A program made the translations under genes and the position numbers. Shown piece after piece: positions 1 through 8,836 of a stretch of 64,000 bases of DNA. The notes below the pieces were generated by a model. The model saw nothing but the letters and a program-made list of their open reading frames with translations. It was not told the DNA's origin and did no database searches. Origin of the DNA: an uncultured Chloroflexia bacterium (GTDB lineage: Bacteria; Chloroflexota; Anaerolineae; Anaerolineales; UBA4823); contig CAWGGJ010000003.1 of the NCBI GenBank assembly GCA_963822175.1, forward strand, positions 198,802 to 262,801, in the 5' to 3' direction. Position 1 is the stretch's first letter. Each line of letters starts with the position of its first letter.

Positions 1-280
1 CGTCCTGAATTTCTATACCCGTGAATTTTGATTTTGCCGCTGGACGGAAAATATCTGCTCGACCCAAAGTCACCCCAGGATAGATTTTTACATGATTACC
101 GATCGTAGAGCTTGGGTGGATCACCACCCCGAAGCCACCATGAACTAACTCAAAATCGACCCCGATGTTGACAGGTCGGGGAATCTCAACGCCTAATAAT
201 TTGAGAGTATAGTATGCCAATCTTCCATAGATCGGGTTTTTCCGCCCATACACCAGCCTGGAGTATATGTCTCGCTTCAT
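1..280 (-). CDS. Hexapeptide-repeat O-acetyltransferase (serine-acetyltransferase-like); 3' end cut by the window edge
   Basis: Absent from the ORF track because it is open at the edge. Reverse-strand translation from the ATG at 278-280 gives MKRDIYSRLVYGRKNPIYGRLAYYTLKLLGVEIPRPVNIGVDFELVHGGFGVVIHPSSTIGNHVKIYPGVTLGRAD... This is the hexapeptide beta-helix pattern of CysE/WcaB-type acetyltransferases. Confidence 0.6.
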   Translation of the reverse strand, partial: MKRDIYSRLVYGRKNPIYGRLAYYTLKLLGVEIPRPVNIGVDFELVHGGFGVVIHPSSTIGNHVKIYPGVTLGRADIFRPAAKSKFTGIEIQD

Positions 281-333
281 AGGATTCTTCCCGGAATTGT
301 ACCGCGATCAAAGGGATGGAGGATCATTCTCGC

Positions 334-1647
334 TTATTGAAGATGACCAACACCCAAGCGGATGACCGTAAACCCTGCATCGGACCAAACCTGATGCTCT
401 AATCCTCCCACAGTATCCACCACCAGGCGTGCGGGGGTTAGCTCTTTCAGGCTAAACGGATTTATTTGCTTGAATTCCTTGTGACCAACCAATAGCACCA
501 GTAATTCTGCATCCCTAATGGCTTCATTGAGCGTTGGTGAAGACTGTATCCCAGGTATTTCCACCTCGAGCTTATTTGGCTCGTAGCATCTGACAATTGC
601 ACCCTCCTGAGCCACCAATTTTGCCACTTCAATGGCAGGGCTTTCCCGTAAGTCATCTACATCTGGTTTATACGCTAACCCTAACATTGCAATTTTTTTT
701 CCAACCAGGTCAGTGCCAAGTGACCTCTTGATCAGATCCACAGCAAAATGAGGCTGGTTATCATTTACATGCCGGGCAGTGGATATTAGCTCCGATAACT
801 CCGGTGCCGCTTCAACAAAGAACCAGGGATCCACGCTGATGCAATGTCCGCCAACACCTGGTCCAGGAGTTAATATCTTCACCCGAGGATGGTGGTTGGC
901 TATCTTGATCGCCTCCCAAATATCGACTCCAAACCGGTCAGCCAGGCGCGAGAATTCATTGGCTATGGCAATATTCACATCTCGGTAGGTATTTTCCATT
1001 AGTTTTACCATCTCAGCAGTGGTTGCATCAGTGAGAATGATCTCGCCTTTTACGAAATGGGCGTATAAGTCTCTTCCAGCTTCAGCAGAGGGTATATCGA
1101 TGCCACCAATGACCCGGGCATTTTCCGTCAGCTCACGGATGATCTGCCCAGGAAGGACTCGTTCTGGAGAGTATGCCAGGTGAAAATCGGTTCCTGATTT
1201 TAGTCCAGATTTTTCCAAAATAGGTCGCACCAAATCGGTTGTAGTCCGTGGCGGAGAGGTAGATTCCAGGACTACCAGGTTTCCTGGATGTAAGTGGGGT
1301 ACAATGGATTCTGTAGCAGAAATCACTGCACGCATATCTGCCAGGCGATATTCCTGGCCATTATAGCTTCCCCTCTCATTTTTATAGAATGGAGTAGGTA
1401 CTGCGATGATGTAGGCATCTGCTGCTTCAGGTGTTTCACTAAGAGTGAGTTTCCCGGAGTTTATCGCAACATCGACTAACATCCGTAAGCCAGGTTCGCT
1501 GATATGAATCCCCCCATTGCGCAGGGTGGAAATTACCTTGCTATTGGAATCTACACCTACAACCATTAACCCGTGGCTGGCCAATGTGCTTGCTGTTGGC
1601 AGACCAATATAACCGAGGCCAATAACACATACCTTCGTAAATATCAT
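334..1647 (-). CDS. Nucleotide-sugar dehydrogenase (UDP-ManNAc / UDP-glucose dehydrogenase family)
   Basis: N-terminal Rossmann motif VCVIGLGYIGLP and family-wide similarity, including the catalytic GGHCI motif. Start moved to the internal Met (MIFTKVCVIGLG) at 1645-1647, just before the GxGxxG motif. Confidence 0.85.
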   Translation of the reverse strand: MIFTKVCVIGLGYIGLPTASTLASHGLMVVGVDSNSKVISTLRNGGIHISEPGLRMLVDVAINSGKLTLSETPEAADAYIIAVPTPFYKNERGSYNGQEYRLADMRAVISATESIVPHLHPGNLVVLESTSPPRTTTDLVRPILEKSGLKSGTDFHLAYSPERVLPGQIIRELTENARVIGGIDIPSAEAGRDLYAHFVKGEIILTDATTAEMVKLMENTYRDVNIAIANEFSRLADRFGVDIWEAIKIANHHPRVKILTPGPGVGGHCISVDPWFFVEAAPELSELISTARHVNDNQPHFAVDLIKRSLGTDLVGKKIAMLGLAYKPDVDDLRESPAIEVAKLVAQEGAIVRCYEPNKLEVEIPGIQSSPTLNEAIRDAELLVLLVGHKEFKQINPFSLKELTPARLVVDTVGGLEHQVWSDAGFTVIRLGVGHLQ

Positions 1648-1791
1648 AACTACTCCATCATTGAGATCATAAATCTGTTGATTTTGATTGATGTTTTTTT
1701 TGTATAGGCTGTAATTATCCCACAAATTGTTTTGGTTTTACTCTACTCGTTATCCGAAAAATGATCTATGTCTATTTCCTCATATATGCAC

Positions 1792-1841
1792 TTGACATCG
1801 AACGCATGTTCTGGTATTATCAATACATAGAACAACTGTAC
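1792..1841 (+). promoter_or_regulatory. lexA promoter with SOS (Cheo-type) boxes
   Basis: TTGACA (1792-1797), 17-nt spacer, TATTAT (1815-1820). The spacer contains the perfect palindrome GAACGCATGTTC (1800-1811). A second imperfect box, GAACAACTGTAC, lies at 1830-1841. Confidence 0.7.
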
Positions 1842-1863
1842 TGATATACAATTCCGGAGGTGA

Positions 1864-2592
1864 ATGATGACACCCAGACGTCGAAGTACTACATTAACTG
1901 ATCCACAAATCAAGGTTTTAAAAGTAATCGAAGATTACCAAAATTCGAATGGTTTTCCCCCATCGATCCGAGATATCCAGGATATGGGCAATTTCTCCTC
2001 GACCTCAGTGGTAAATTATTACCTTGAACAGCTTGAAACAATGGGGCATATCAAACGATCTGGGCATGTCTCACGGGGCATTCGGTTGATGCGTCCATTT
2101 TCGGAATTACCCCAAACAGCTTCTCGATCACTCCAAAACGTTCGTAAATCAGTACAGCAAGTCCTGCGTATCCCTGTTATGGGACGTATCTTTGCCAGTG
2201 AACCCGTACCTGTTCCACCTTCCGACTTTGCCTACCTGGATGCAGAATCGGTAGTTAATGTTGCCCGCAGTATGCTACCTGCCCGCGAGAAAGTTGAAGA
2301 ATTATTCGCCCTCGAAGTAAATGGGGATTCAATGATTGATGCAATGGTCAATGATGGTGATATTGTTATCATGAAACCTGCCAAAGATGTTCACAATGGA
2401 GACCTGGTTGCCATCTGGCTACGTGATAAAGATGAAACGACACTAAAGTATTTCTTCCTGGAGAACGGTAAAGTACGATTACAACCTGCTAACCCTACGA
2501 TGAAGCCTATATTTATTGATGATCCATCCACCGTTGATATCCAGGGAAAAATCGTCATGATTATACGCCCGTGTGAAATGTCGCTGCTGTAA
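1864..2592 (+). CDS. lexA: LexA repressor (S24 peptidase)
   Basis: N-terminal winged-helix region (GFPPSIRDI...YLEQLETMGHIKR). C-terminal S24 autoprotease motifs (VNGDSMIDAMVNDGDIVIMKP ... LKYF). GGAGGTGA ribosome-binding site immediately upstream. Confidence 0.9.
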   Translation: MMTPRRRSTTLTDPQIKVLKVIEDYQNSNGFPPSIRDIQDMGNFSSTSVVNYYLEQLETMGHIKRSGHVSRGIRLMRPFSELPQTASRSLQNVRKSVQQVLRIPVMGRIFASEPVPVPPSDFAYLDAESVVNVARSMLPAREKVEELFALEVNGDSMIDAMVNDGDIVIMKPAKDVHNGDLVAIWLRDKDETTLKYFFLENGKVRLQPANPTMKPIFIDDPSTVDIQGKIVMIIRPCEMSLL

Positions 2593-2615
2593 AACCAAAT
2601 AACCTTTTATCGATA

Positions 2616-2650
2616 GCTGAAGCCGTTAATCAGGTTTCAGCTTTTTTTTT
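2616..2650 (+). terminator. Intrinsic terminator after lexA
   Basis: GCTGAAGCC (2616-2624) pairs with GGTTTCAGC (2633-2641): 9 bp including one G-U, with an 8-nt loop. A run of nine T follows (2642-2650). Confidence 0.65.
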
Positions 2651-2752
2651 ATACATTCAGCGTACGATTAAATCTTCCAAATAAATAAATCAACGGCAAT
2701 TTGCACATACTCTTGGCATCTGTTCTTCAGTGACATCTGGTAGAATTCCACT

Positions 2753-3385
2753 ATGCCAGGTACAGAAATACAAAGATTGGTACCCATTTCAAAGAGAGCT
2801 TTGGATCTGTTAATAACCATACCAGGACTCCTGGTCTTATCCCCAGTCCTTGTCATTATAGCTATCCTTGTGAGGATGAATTTTGGCTCTCCGGTTTTAT
2901 TTCGCCAGAAGCGTCCTGGATACCAGGGAAAGCCATTTTGGATTTATAAGTTTCGCACGATGACTAATGTAGTCGACAATGAGAATAATCTTCTACCAGA
3001 TGACCAGCGGATCACACGCCTGGGTCTTTTTTTACGTTCCTATAGTCTCGATGAATTGCCTGAGCTGTTCAACGTCCTTCGAGGCGAGATGAGCTGGGTG
3101 GGTCCACGTCCCTTGCTAATGAAGTATCTGGAAAGATATTCCCCAGAGCAAGCCCGCAGGCATGAGGTTTTACCTGGGATTACAGGCTGGGCGCAAGTTA
3201 ATGGGAGGAATGCCCTTACATGGGAAGAGAAATTTAAACTGGATGTCTGGTATGTAGACCATTGGTCGATCAAGCTGGATTTAAAAATACTCCTGATAAC
3301 CGTAGGGAAAGTCTTGCGCAGGGAAGGAATCAACCAAGCAGGGCAGGTAACAGCTGAGGAGTTCATGGGTTCAAATGACTCCTAA
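2753..3385 (+). CDS. Polyprenyl-phosphate sugar phosphotransferase (bacterial sugar transferase, WbaP/PglC family)
   Basis: Single N-terminal membrane helix followed by SPVLFRQKRPGYQGKPFWIYKFRTM ... DELPQL-like LDELPELFNVLRGEMSWVGPRP. These are the family hallmarks. Confidence 0.85.
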   Translation: MPGTEIQRLVPISKRALDLLITIPGLLVLSPVLVIIAILVRMNFGSPVLFRQKRPGYQGKPFWIYKFRTMTNVVDNENNLLPDDQRITRLGLFLRSYSLDELPELFNVLRGEMSWVGPRPLLMKYLERYSPEQARRHEVLPGITGWAQVNGRNALTWEEKFKLDVWYVDHWSIKLDLKILLITVGKVLRREGINQAGQVTAEEFMGSNDS

Positions 3386-4298
3386 TGTGGGAGAAATTGC
3401 AGCCCTCCTGACTGCGATGTGCTTCTCCGCTTCCTCTGTATTTTTCACCATGGCAGGGAAGAAATTTGGTCCACTGGTTACCAATCGCCTCAGGCTACTG
3501 ATTGCCGTCCTCCTGCTCTGGATATCCCATTGGATAATCTTTGGATCACCCATCCCTTTGAACGCTGAGTTTCAACAATGGTTTTGGTTGGGTTGTTCAG
3601 GCATCATTGGGCTAGTCATTGGTGACTTTTTTCTGTTTACAGCATATGTTTCGATCGGACCGAGGCTGGGTTTGCTTTTCCTGAGTCTATCCCCAGTGAT
3701 AGCCACCATGCTTGCATGGATCTTGTTAGGGGAAACGATCAATGCAGGAAGTATCTTTGCGATTTTATTAACCCTGATCGGAATTGCGTGGGTGGTATTG
3801 GAAAGTAAACCTGATTTGAAAACCTCAAATGATCTTCCATCCACCCTATCAAGAGAAGTCTATATCAAGGGATTAATTGCCGGTCTGATTGCTGCGACCG
3901 GACAAGCATTGGGAATGGTATTGGCAAAGAAAGGATTAAACCTTGACTTCCCTCCTCTATCTGGAAATGTAATCCGCATGACAGTTGCATTCATAGGGAT
4001 ATGGGTTATAACAATTATCCAGGGCCAGGCGTCATCAACGATCCAGCAGGCAGGAAATGATAGATCAGGTTTGGTATATATTCTCATGGGTGCTTTTATT
4101 GGACCACTGATCGGCGTTTCACTATCTTTGTTCGCAATTCAAAAAACAAATATTGGGATCGCCAGCACAATTATCGCCCTACCACCAATCTTTTTACTTC
4201 CAATCAGCCATTTCATATTCAAGGAAAAAATTACATGGCAGGCGATCGTGGGAACTGTGATAGCTATTACAGGTGTTTCACTACTCATTTTGTTATAG
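3375..4298 (+). CDS. EamA/DMT-family membrane transporter
   Basis: About 10 predicted membrane helices in two repeated halves. Overlaps the upstream stop by 11 nt. Confidence 0.7.
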   Translation: MTPNVGEIAALLTAMCFSASSVFFTMAGKKFGPLVTNRLRLLIAVLLLWISHWIIFGSPIPLNAEFQQWFWLGCSGIIGLVIGDFFLFTAYVSIGPRLGLLFLSLSPVIATMLAWILLGETINAGSIFAILLTLIGIAWVVLESKPDLKTSNDLPSTLSREVYIKGLIAGLIAATGQALGMVLAKKGLNLDFPPLSGNVIRMTVAFIGIWVITIIQGQASSTIQQAGNDRSGLVYILMGAFIGPLIGVSLSLFAIQKTNIGIASTIIALPPIFLLPISHFIFKEKITWQAIVGTVIAITGVSLLILL

Positions 4299-4316
4299 GC
4301 ATATAATTATTGAATT

Positions 4317-5210
4317 ATGGAATCAAATCAAGATCTATATCGCTCACTCTATCGTATCCGCAGGTTTGAGGAGACTGTGCTGGATAACTTTTCACGAGGC
4401 ATTTTTTTCGGCACAACTCACACCTACCTGGGTCAGGAAGCGGATGCTGTTGGTGTTCTAACCAACATCCAGAATAATGATATCGTATTTAGCAATCATC
4501 GCTGCCATGGGCATTTCCTGGCATATGGTGGTGAACCACGGGCATTATTTGCCGAGTTAATGGGACGTGCGACTGGTGTATGCGGTGGCCGGGGAGGATC
4601 ACAGCACCTGCACTGGAAAAATTTTTACTCGAACGGTATTCAAGGTGGAATCATCCCCATCGCGACTGGAATGGCATTGGCAGAAAAATATAAACGATTA
4701 AAAACAGCAACCATTGCATTTCTTGGGGATGGTACATTGGGGGAAGGTGTGATTTATGAGGCATTTAATATGGCGTCTCTGTGGAAAGCACCCATACTCT
4801 TTGTTCTTGAAAATAACAGGATTGCCCAAACCACAAACATAGAGGTAGCTGTAGCTGGGAACATAAAAGCACGGTTCAATGCATTTGGAATACCATCTCA
4901 GGAGCTTAACACCTCAGATATCCTTGATATTCTGCCCGTCGCCACCGATTTACTTGAGAAAGTCCGCCAAGAATCTTCACCCTTTGCCCTGATTTTAAAC
5001 ACCCATCGCTTCGGTCCACACTCGAAAGGTGATGATACGCGCGATCCTGACTTTGTAAACCAGCTCCGTATCCATCATGATCCAATTCAAATCCATGGTA
5101 ATCGGTTGAATCCCTTGGAAAAAAGCTCCATTGAGGCAGAGGTAGATCAAGAGATTAAGAAAGCTTTCGACGCTGCACTTCAGGACCCATTCCCACCAGG
5201 ATTCGCGTAA
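4317..5210 (+). CDS. Thiamine-diphosphate-dependent 2-oxoacid dehydrogenase, E1 alpha-type subunit
   Basis: E1-alpha signature: YLGQEA..., GGRGGSQHL, TPP motif FLGDGTLGEGVIYEAFNMASLWKAPILFVLENN. Confidence 0.8.
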   Translation: MESNQDLYRSLYRIRRFEETVLDNFSRGIFFGTTHTYLGQEADAVGVLTNIQNNDIVFSNHRCHGHFLAYGGEPRALFAELMGRATGVCGGRGGSQHLHWKNFYSNGIQGGIIPIATGMALAEKYKRLKTATIAFLGDGTLGEGVIYEAFNMASLWKAPILFVLENNRIAQTTNIEVAVAGNIKARFNAFGIPSQELNTSDILDILPVATDLLEKVRQESSPFALILNTHRFGPHSKGDDTRDPDFVNQLRIHHDPIQIHGNRLNPLEKSSIEAEVDQEIKKAFDAALQDPFPPGFA

Positions 5211-5236
5211 TAGAACTCGAGTAGTCCAATCAGAAC

Positions 5237-6361
5237 CTATTGTGATTTTCCTCGACCACTGATTTCCCAGATGTCCAGTAATTGACCGTCCTGGATGACA
5301 TAATACCTGTCATGCAGGTTGACCGTTGTGCAGACATGGCTGGGAATGATCTCAATACACGACCCCACCACAGGCATTTTTATATCAGGATCCACCCACA
5401 CGATGCCGTGTTCTTCATTAAGCTTATGTAACTCAAAACCTTTGGGAGTTATTATTTCAGGAATTCCATTGTCAGTCGTGAGGACTTTAATCCCAGCATC
5501 TATGATGCATCGTTCGGAATCATGAACACTGGTGACCGTTGCCAATAATGTCAGGGATTGTTTAAAATCCAATCCCAGCTGGTTATATTTGCTATCCATA
5601 AAGACATATGATCCGGCTTCAACTTCGGTTACTCCAGGAAAATCACCAGTCAGGTCGTATGTTCCAGTCCCGCCTGCGCTGATAATCTCAACCGGTATAC
5701 CTTCCTGGCGAATTAATTCACCTGTGCTTACCAATGCCTCCATTGCGAGCTGAGTATTACTACGGCGCACATCCCGATCCGTTTCAAACATGGTAAATCC
5801 TTCATATCCCAGTAAGCCTGAAAAAGTAATCCCAGCAAGTCCAGATGCTTCCTTTGCTAACCTCAAGGCAGGCACACCCGGTTGAACTCCCGCGCGGTGT
5901 AAACCGACATCAACTTCAATCACAACATTGACCATGGTCGCAGCATTTTTAGATGCCGTGGCAATTTGCCTCAGGTTATCCACATTATCCACCGCTACAA
6001 TGATCTGAGATACCCTGGAAAGCTCTGTCAAGCGCGTGATTTTTGCTGGATCCACCACCTGGTTGGCGATCAATATGCTTTTAATTCCGGAATTCACCAG
6101 TACTTCCGCTTCGCTTAATTTCGCGCAGGTAATTCCTATTGCCCCATAATCCATCTGTTTTTGGGCGATCCTGGGACATTTATGGGTCTTAAAATGGGGA
6201 CGAAGTTTAGTCGAACGGGGATTGAAATAATTACTCATCAAATTCAGGTTGAATTCCAACGCATGAAGGTTGATGAGCAAGGCAGGAGTAGGTATTCGGT
6301 CTTTCGACGTACCTATAGGTGGATAATAAAGCCTGTCATGCATCAGGTCGTTCATAATCAA
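5237..6361 (-). CDS. DSD1-family PLP enzyme (D-serine dehydratase / D-threonine aldolase-like, alanine-racemase N-terminal fold)
   Basis: PTPALLINL...LRPHFKTHKCP (PLP-lysine context) ... AGGTGTY ... C-terminal HVC motif typical of the DSD1 family. Confidence 0.7.
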   Translation of the reverse strand: MIMNDLMHDRLYYPPIGTSKDRIPTPALLINLHALEFNLNLMSNYFNPRSTKLRPHFKTHKCPRIAQKQMDYGAIGITCAKLSEAEVLVNSGIKSILIANQVVDPAKITRLTELSRVSQIIVAVDNVDNLRQIATASKNAATMVNVVIEVDVGLHRAGVQPGVPALRLAKEASGLAGITFSGLLGYEGFTMFETDRDVRRSNTQLAMEALVSTGELIRQEGIPVEIISAGGTGTYDLTGDFPGVTEVEAGSYVFMDSKYNQLGLDFKQSLTLLATVTSVHDSERCIIDAGIKVLTTDNGIPEIITPKGFELHKLNEEHGIVWVDPDIKMPVVGSCIEIIPSHVCTTVNLHDRYYVIQDGQLLDIWEISGRGKSQ

Positions 6362-6415
6362 ATTATACGCTATCTTGTTTCTATCTGATTACTATCGGAA
6401 AATAAATAAACTCGA

Positions 6416-6467
6416 TTGACTTTTCGTTCCAAAAATGCTAGAATAAGATCAACTGGTCAGACCACTT
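6416..6467 (+). promoter_or_regulatory. fadR promoter plus FadR-type operator
   Basis: TTGACT (6416-6421), 17 nt, TAGAAT (6439-6444). Immediately downstream is AACTGGTCAGACCACTT (6451-6467), a near-perfect palindrome TGGTC-A-GACCA. It matches the E. coli FadR operator core CTGGTCNGACC. Confidence 0.6.
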
Positions 6468-6503
6468 ACTAGATATAGGTTCATCAATCTCGAGGTGAAT
6501 GTG

Positions 6504-7199
6504 ATGGATTGGTCTCCACCAAAACGCCCGGCAGTTTATGCCGAAAAATCCCTGATATTAGCCATCCTAAATGACGATTATCCCCCAGGCTCTGTTCTTC
6601 CCGCAGAACGGGAGTTAGCAATAAAGCTTGGTGTTACTCGCTCTACATTACGGGAAGCACTTCAACGTTTAAGCCGTGATGGATGGTTAACCATTCAACA
6701 AGGGAAGCCCACCCGGGTAAATGATTACTGGCGGGAAGGTGGTTTGAATGTATTGAATGCCTTGGTCCAATACTCAGATCGATTACCAGCCTCTTTTGTT
6801 CCAAACTTGCTCCAAGTACGCCTGGTACTGGCCCCATACTATGCCAGGCTGGCAGTGGAACAATCTCCAACTCAAGTAACAGAATGTCTACAGGATTCAG
6901 ATGCCTTGAATGATATTCCCGAGGAGTTTGCATCTTTCGATTGGCGCTTGCACCATACGATGACAATCGCTAGTGGAAATCCAATCTTTACCTTGATTTT
7001 AAATGGCTTTGCTGGATTCTACGAACAAATGGCTACGATTTACTTTTCGCAATCGATAGCCCGTCAAAGCTCAAGAGATTTTTACCATTTTCTTGCTGAA
7101 TCCATCAAACAAAATGATACTCATGGGGTCGAAATTATCACCCGATCGATGATGTCGGAGAGTATCAAGATTTGGGAATCTATTGCAGGAGGGGAATGA
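6504..7199 (+). CDS. fadR: FadR-type (GntR family) acyl-CoA-responsive transcription factor
   Basis: Collinear similarity to E. coli FadR over the whole length. Example: [57 protein letters not shown] versus [57 protein letters not shown]. Also [17 protein letters not shown] versus SGNPIYGLILNGMKGLY. Start set at the ATG at 6504, 5 nt after AGGTGA. The track's GTG at 6495 lies inside the ribosome-binding site. Confidence 0.85.
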   Translation: [231 protein letters not shown]

Positions 7200-8791
7200 T
7201 GAAACGATGGAATGGCTGGGGTGACGACGCGGTAACATATACCGTCCCCGCTTCAGCAAAGATATTCTTATCTCGTCTGGTTGGGGAGGGTCATCGACCG
7301 CTCGATGCAAGTTTGGAACAGTCTCTCTCCCGGGTGCCAAAATCCCGGATTGCGAAGCATCTCCTGATTTCAACTGATCCATTGGTGCGATTTCTCCATG
7401 CCCGCGGTCAAAGCTTCCCGGATTGGCTTGATCTACATAGTGGACAATTGAGCTCCTATCCAGATGGTGTCGCTTTTCCGCAATCAAATGAGGATGTAAT
7501 ATCATTGATAAAGTTTGCCCAGAAAACAGGCACACACCTGATTCCATACGGTGGGGGCACAAGTGTGGTGGGACACATTGATCCAATAAATAGTAAGAAT
7601 CCAATTTTAACTGTTGATATGAGCCGGATGAATCGTTTGATCGATATCCATTCCGATAGCCTTCTGGCAACCTTCGGCGCAGGCGTGACCGGGCCTGACC
7701 TTGAAGCCCAGTTACGCGCCCATGGTTTCACCCTTGGGCATTTTCCTCAATCATTTGAATACTCAACACTCGGTGGCTGGATAGCCACCCGCTCAAGTGG
7801 ACAGCAATCTTTAAAATATGGGCGGATTGAAAAATTGTTTGCTGGTGGCAGATTGATATCCCCCCTTGGTGAGCTGGAAATGCCTGCTTTTCCCGCTTCA
7901 GCAGCTGGCCCTGATATCAAGGAGATGGTTCTGGGGTCAGAAGGAAGGCTAGGAATTATTAGCCAGGCACTCGTGCGGATATCTCCTATCCCCGAACGTG
8001 AAGATTTCCACGCCGTCTTCTTTCCCGATTTTCAGCACGGGCTGGAAGCAGTACGCCAGATCCTTGCCTCAGGATTATCCTTGTCTATGCTGCGCCTGAG
8101 TACACCTAATGAGACAACCACAACGCTTTCACTTGCCGGACACGAGAACCTCATCGGGGCTCTGGAAAGATTACTTACCATTCGTGGTATGGGGGAAGAA
8201 AGGTGTATGCTCCTGATTGGTTTTTGCGGAAAATCTTCATTGGTTCGAATAAACCGTAATGAAGCATTGAGCATAACTGCCAGGCACAAAGGGGTTCATA
8301 TTGGAAAAACCTTCGGTGAGCAGTGGCATAAAAATCGTTTTCGCACACCTTACTTGCGTAATTCGCTTTGGGAAATGGGATATGGCGTGGATACCCTTGA
8401 GACTGCCACCGATTGGGAGACTACACCCCTCATGGTCGACCAGATTGAGACCACTGTGCGTGAAACCATGTCTGGTTTGGGAGAACGAGTTCATATTTTT
8501 ACTCATTTATCGCATGTTTATCCAACCGGATCATCTGTTTATACAACCATCCTTTTCAGGCTTGCAGATGATCCGGATGAAATGCTTGCCCATTGGCAGG
8601 CAATGAAAACCGCAACCTGTCAGGCAATCATCACCAATGGTGGGACGATCAGTCACCAGCATGGTGTAGGGCTGGACCACTTGCCCTATCTTGGCGTTGA
8701 GAAAGGCCCCCTGGGTTTGGCAGCGATAGGATCAATGTGCCGCCAATTTGACCCAAAAGGCATCATGAACCCGGGTAAGTTGGTGGCATAA
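7196..8791 (+). CDS. FAD-linked oxidase, alkyl-dihydroxyacetonephosphate-synthase-like (AGPS family)
   Basis: N-terminal RWNGWG motif typical of the AGPS family. FAD-binding PCMH domain (IPYGGGTSVVG). C-terminal HQHGVG motif. Start ATG 7196 overlaps the fadR stop (ATGA) and is preceded by AGGAGGGG. Confidence 0.8.
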   Translation: MMKRWNGWGDDAVTYTVPASAKIFLSRLVGEGHRPLDASLEQSLSRVPKSRIAKHLLISTDPLVRFLHARGQSFPDWLDLHSGQLSSYPDGVAFPQSNEDVISLIKFAQKTGTHLIPYGGGTSVVGHIDPINSKNPILTVDMSRMNRLIDIHSDSLLATFGAGVTGPDLEAQLRAHGFTLGHFPQSFEYSTLGGWIATRSSGQQSLKYGRIEKLFAGGRLISPLGELEMPAFPASAAGPDIKEMVLGSEGRLGIISQALVRISPIPEREDFHAVFFPDFQHGLEAVRQILASGLSLSMLRLSTPNETTTTLSLAGHENLIGALERLLTIRGMGEERCMLLIGFCGKSSLVRINRNEALSITARHKGVHIGKTFGEQWHKNRFRTPYLRNSLWEMGYGVDTLETATDWETTPLMVDQIETTVRETMSGLGERVHIFTHLSHVYPTGSSVYTTILFRLADDPDEMLAHWQAMKTATCQAIITNGGTISHQHGVGLDHLPYLGVEKGPLGLAAIGSMCRQFDPKGIMNPGKLVA

Positions 8792-8836
8792 ATACTTTTT
8801 TGTTCACGGTGAGATATTATAGATGGAGAAATAGAA

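Noticed and set aside
7071-7670. 199-aa minus-strand ORF spanning the fadR / oxidase junction
   Set aside because: It is antisense to two well-supported genes and has no recognisable motif.
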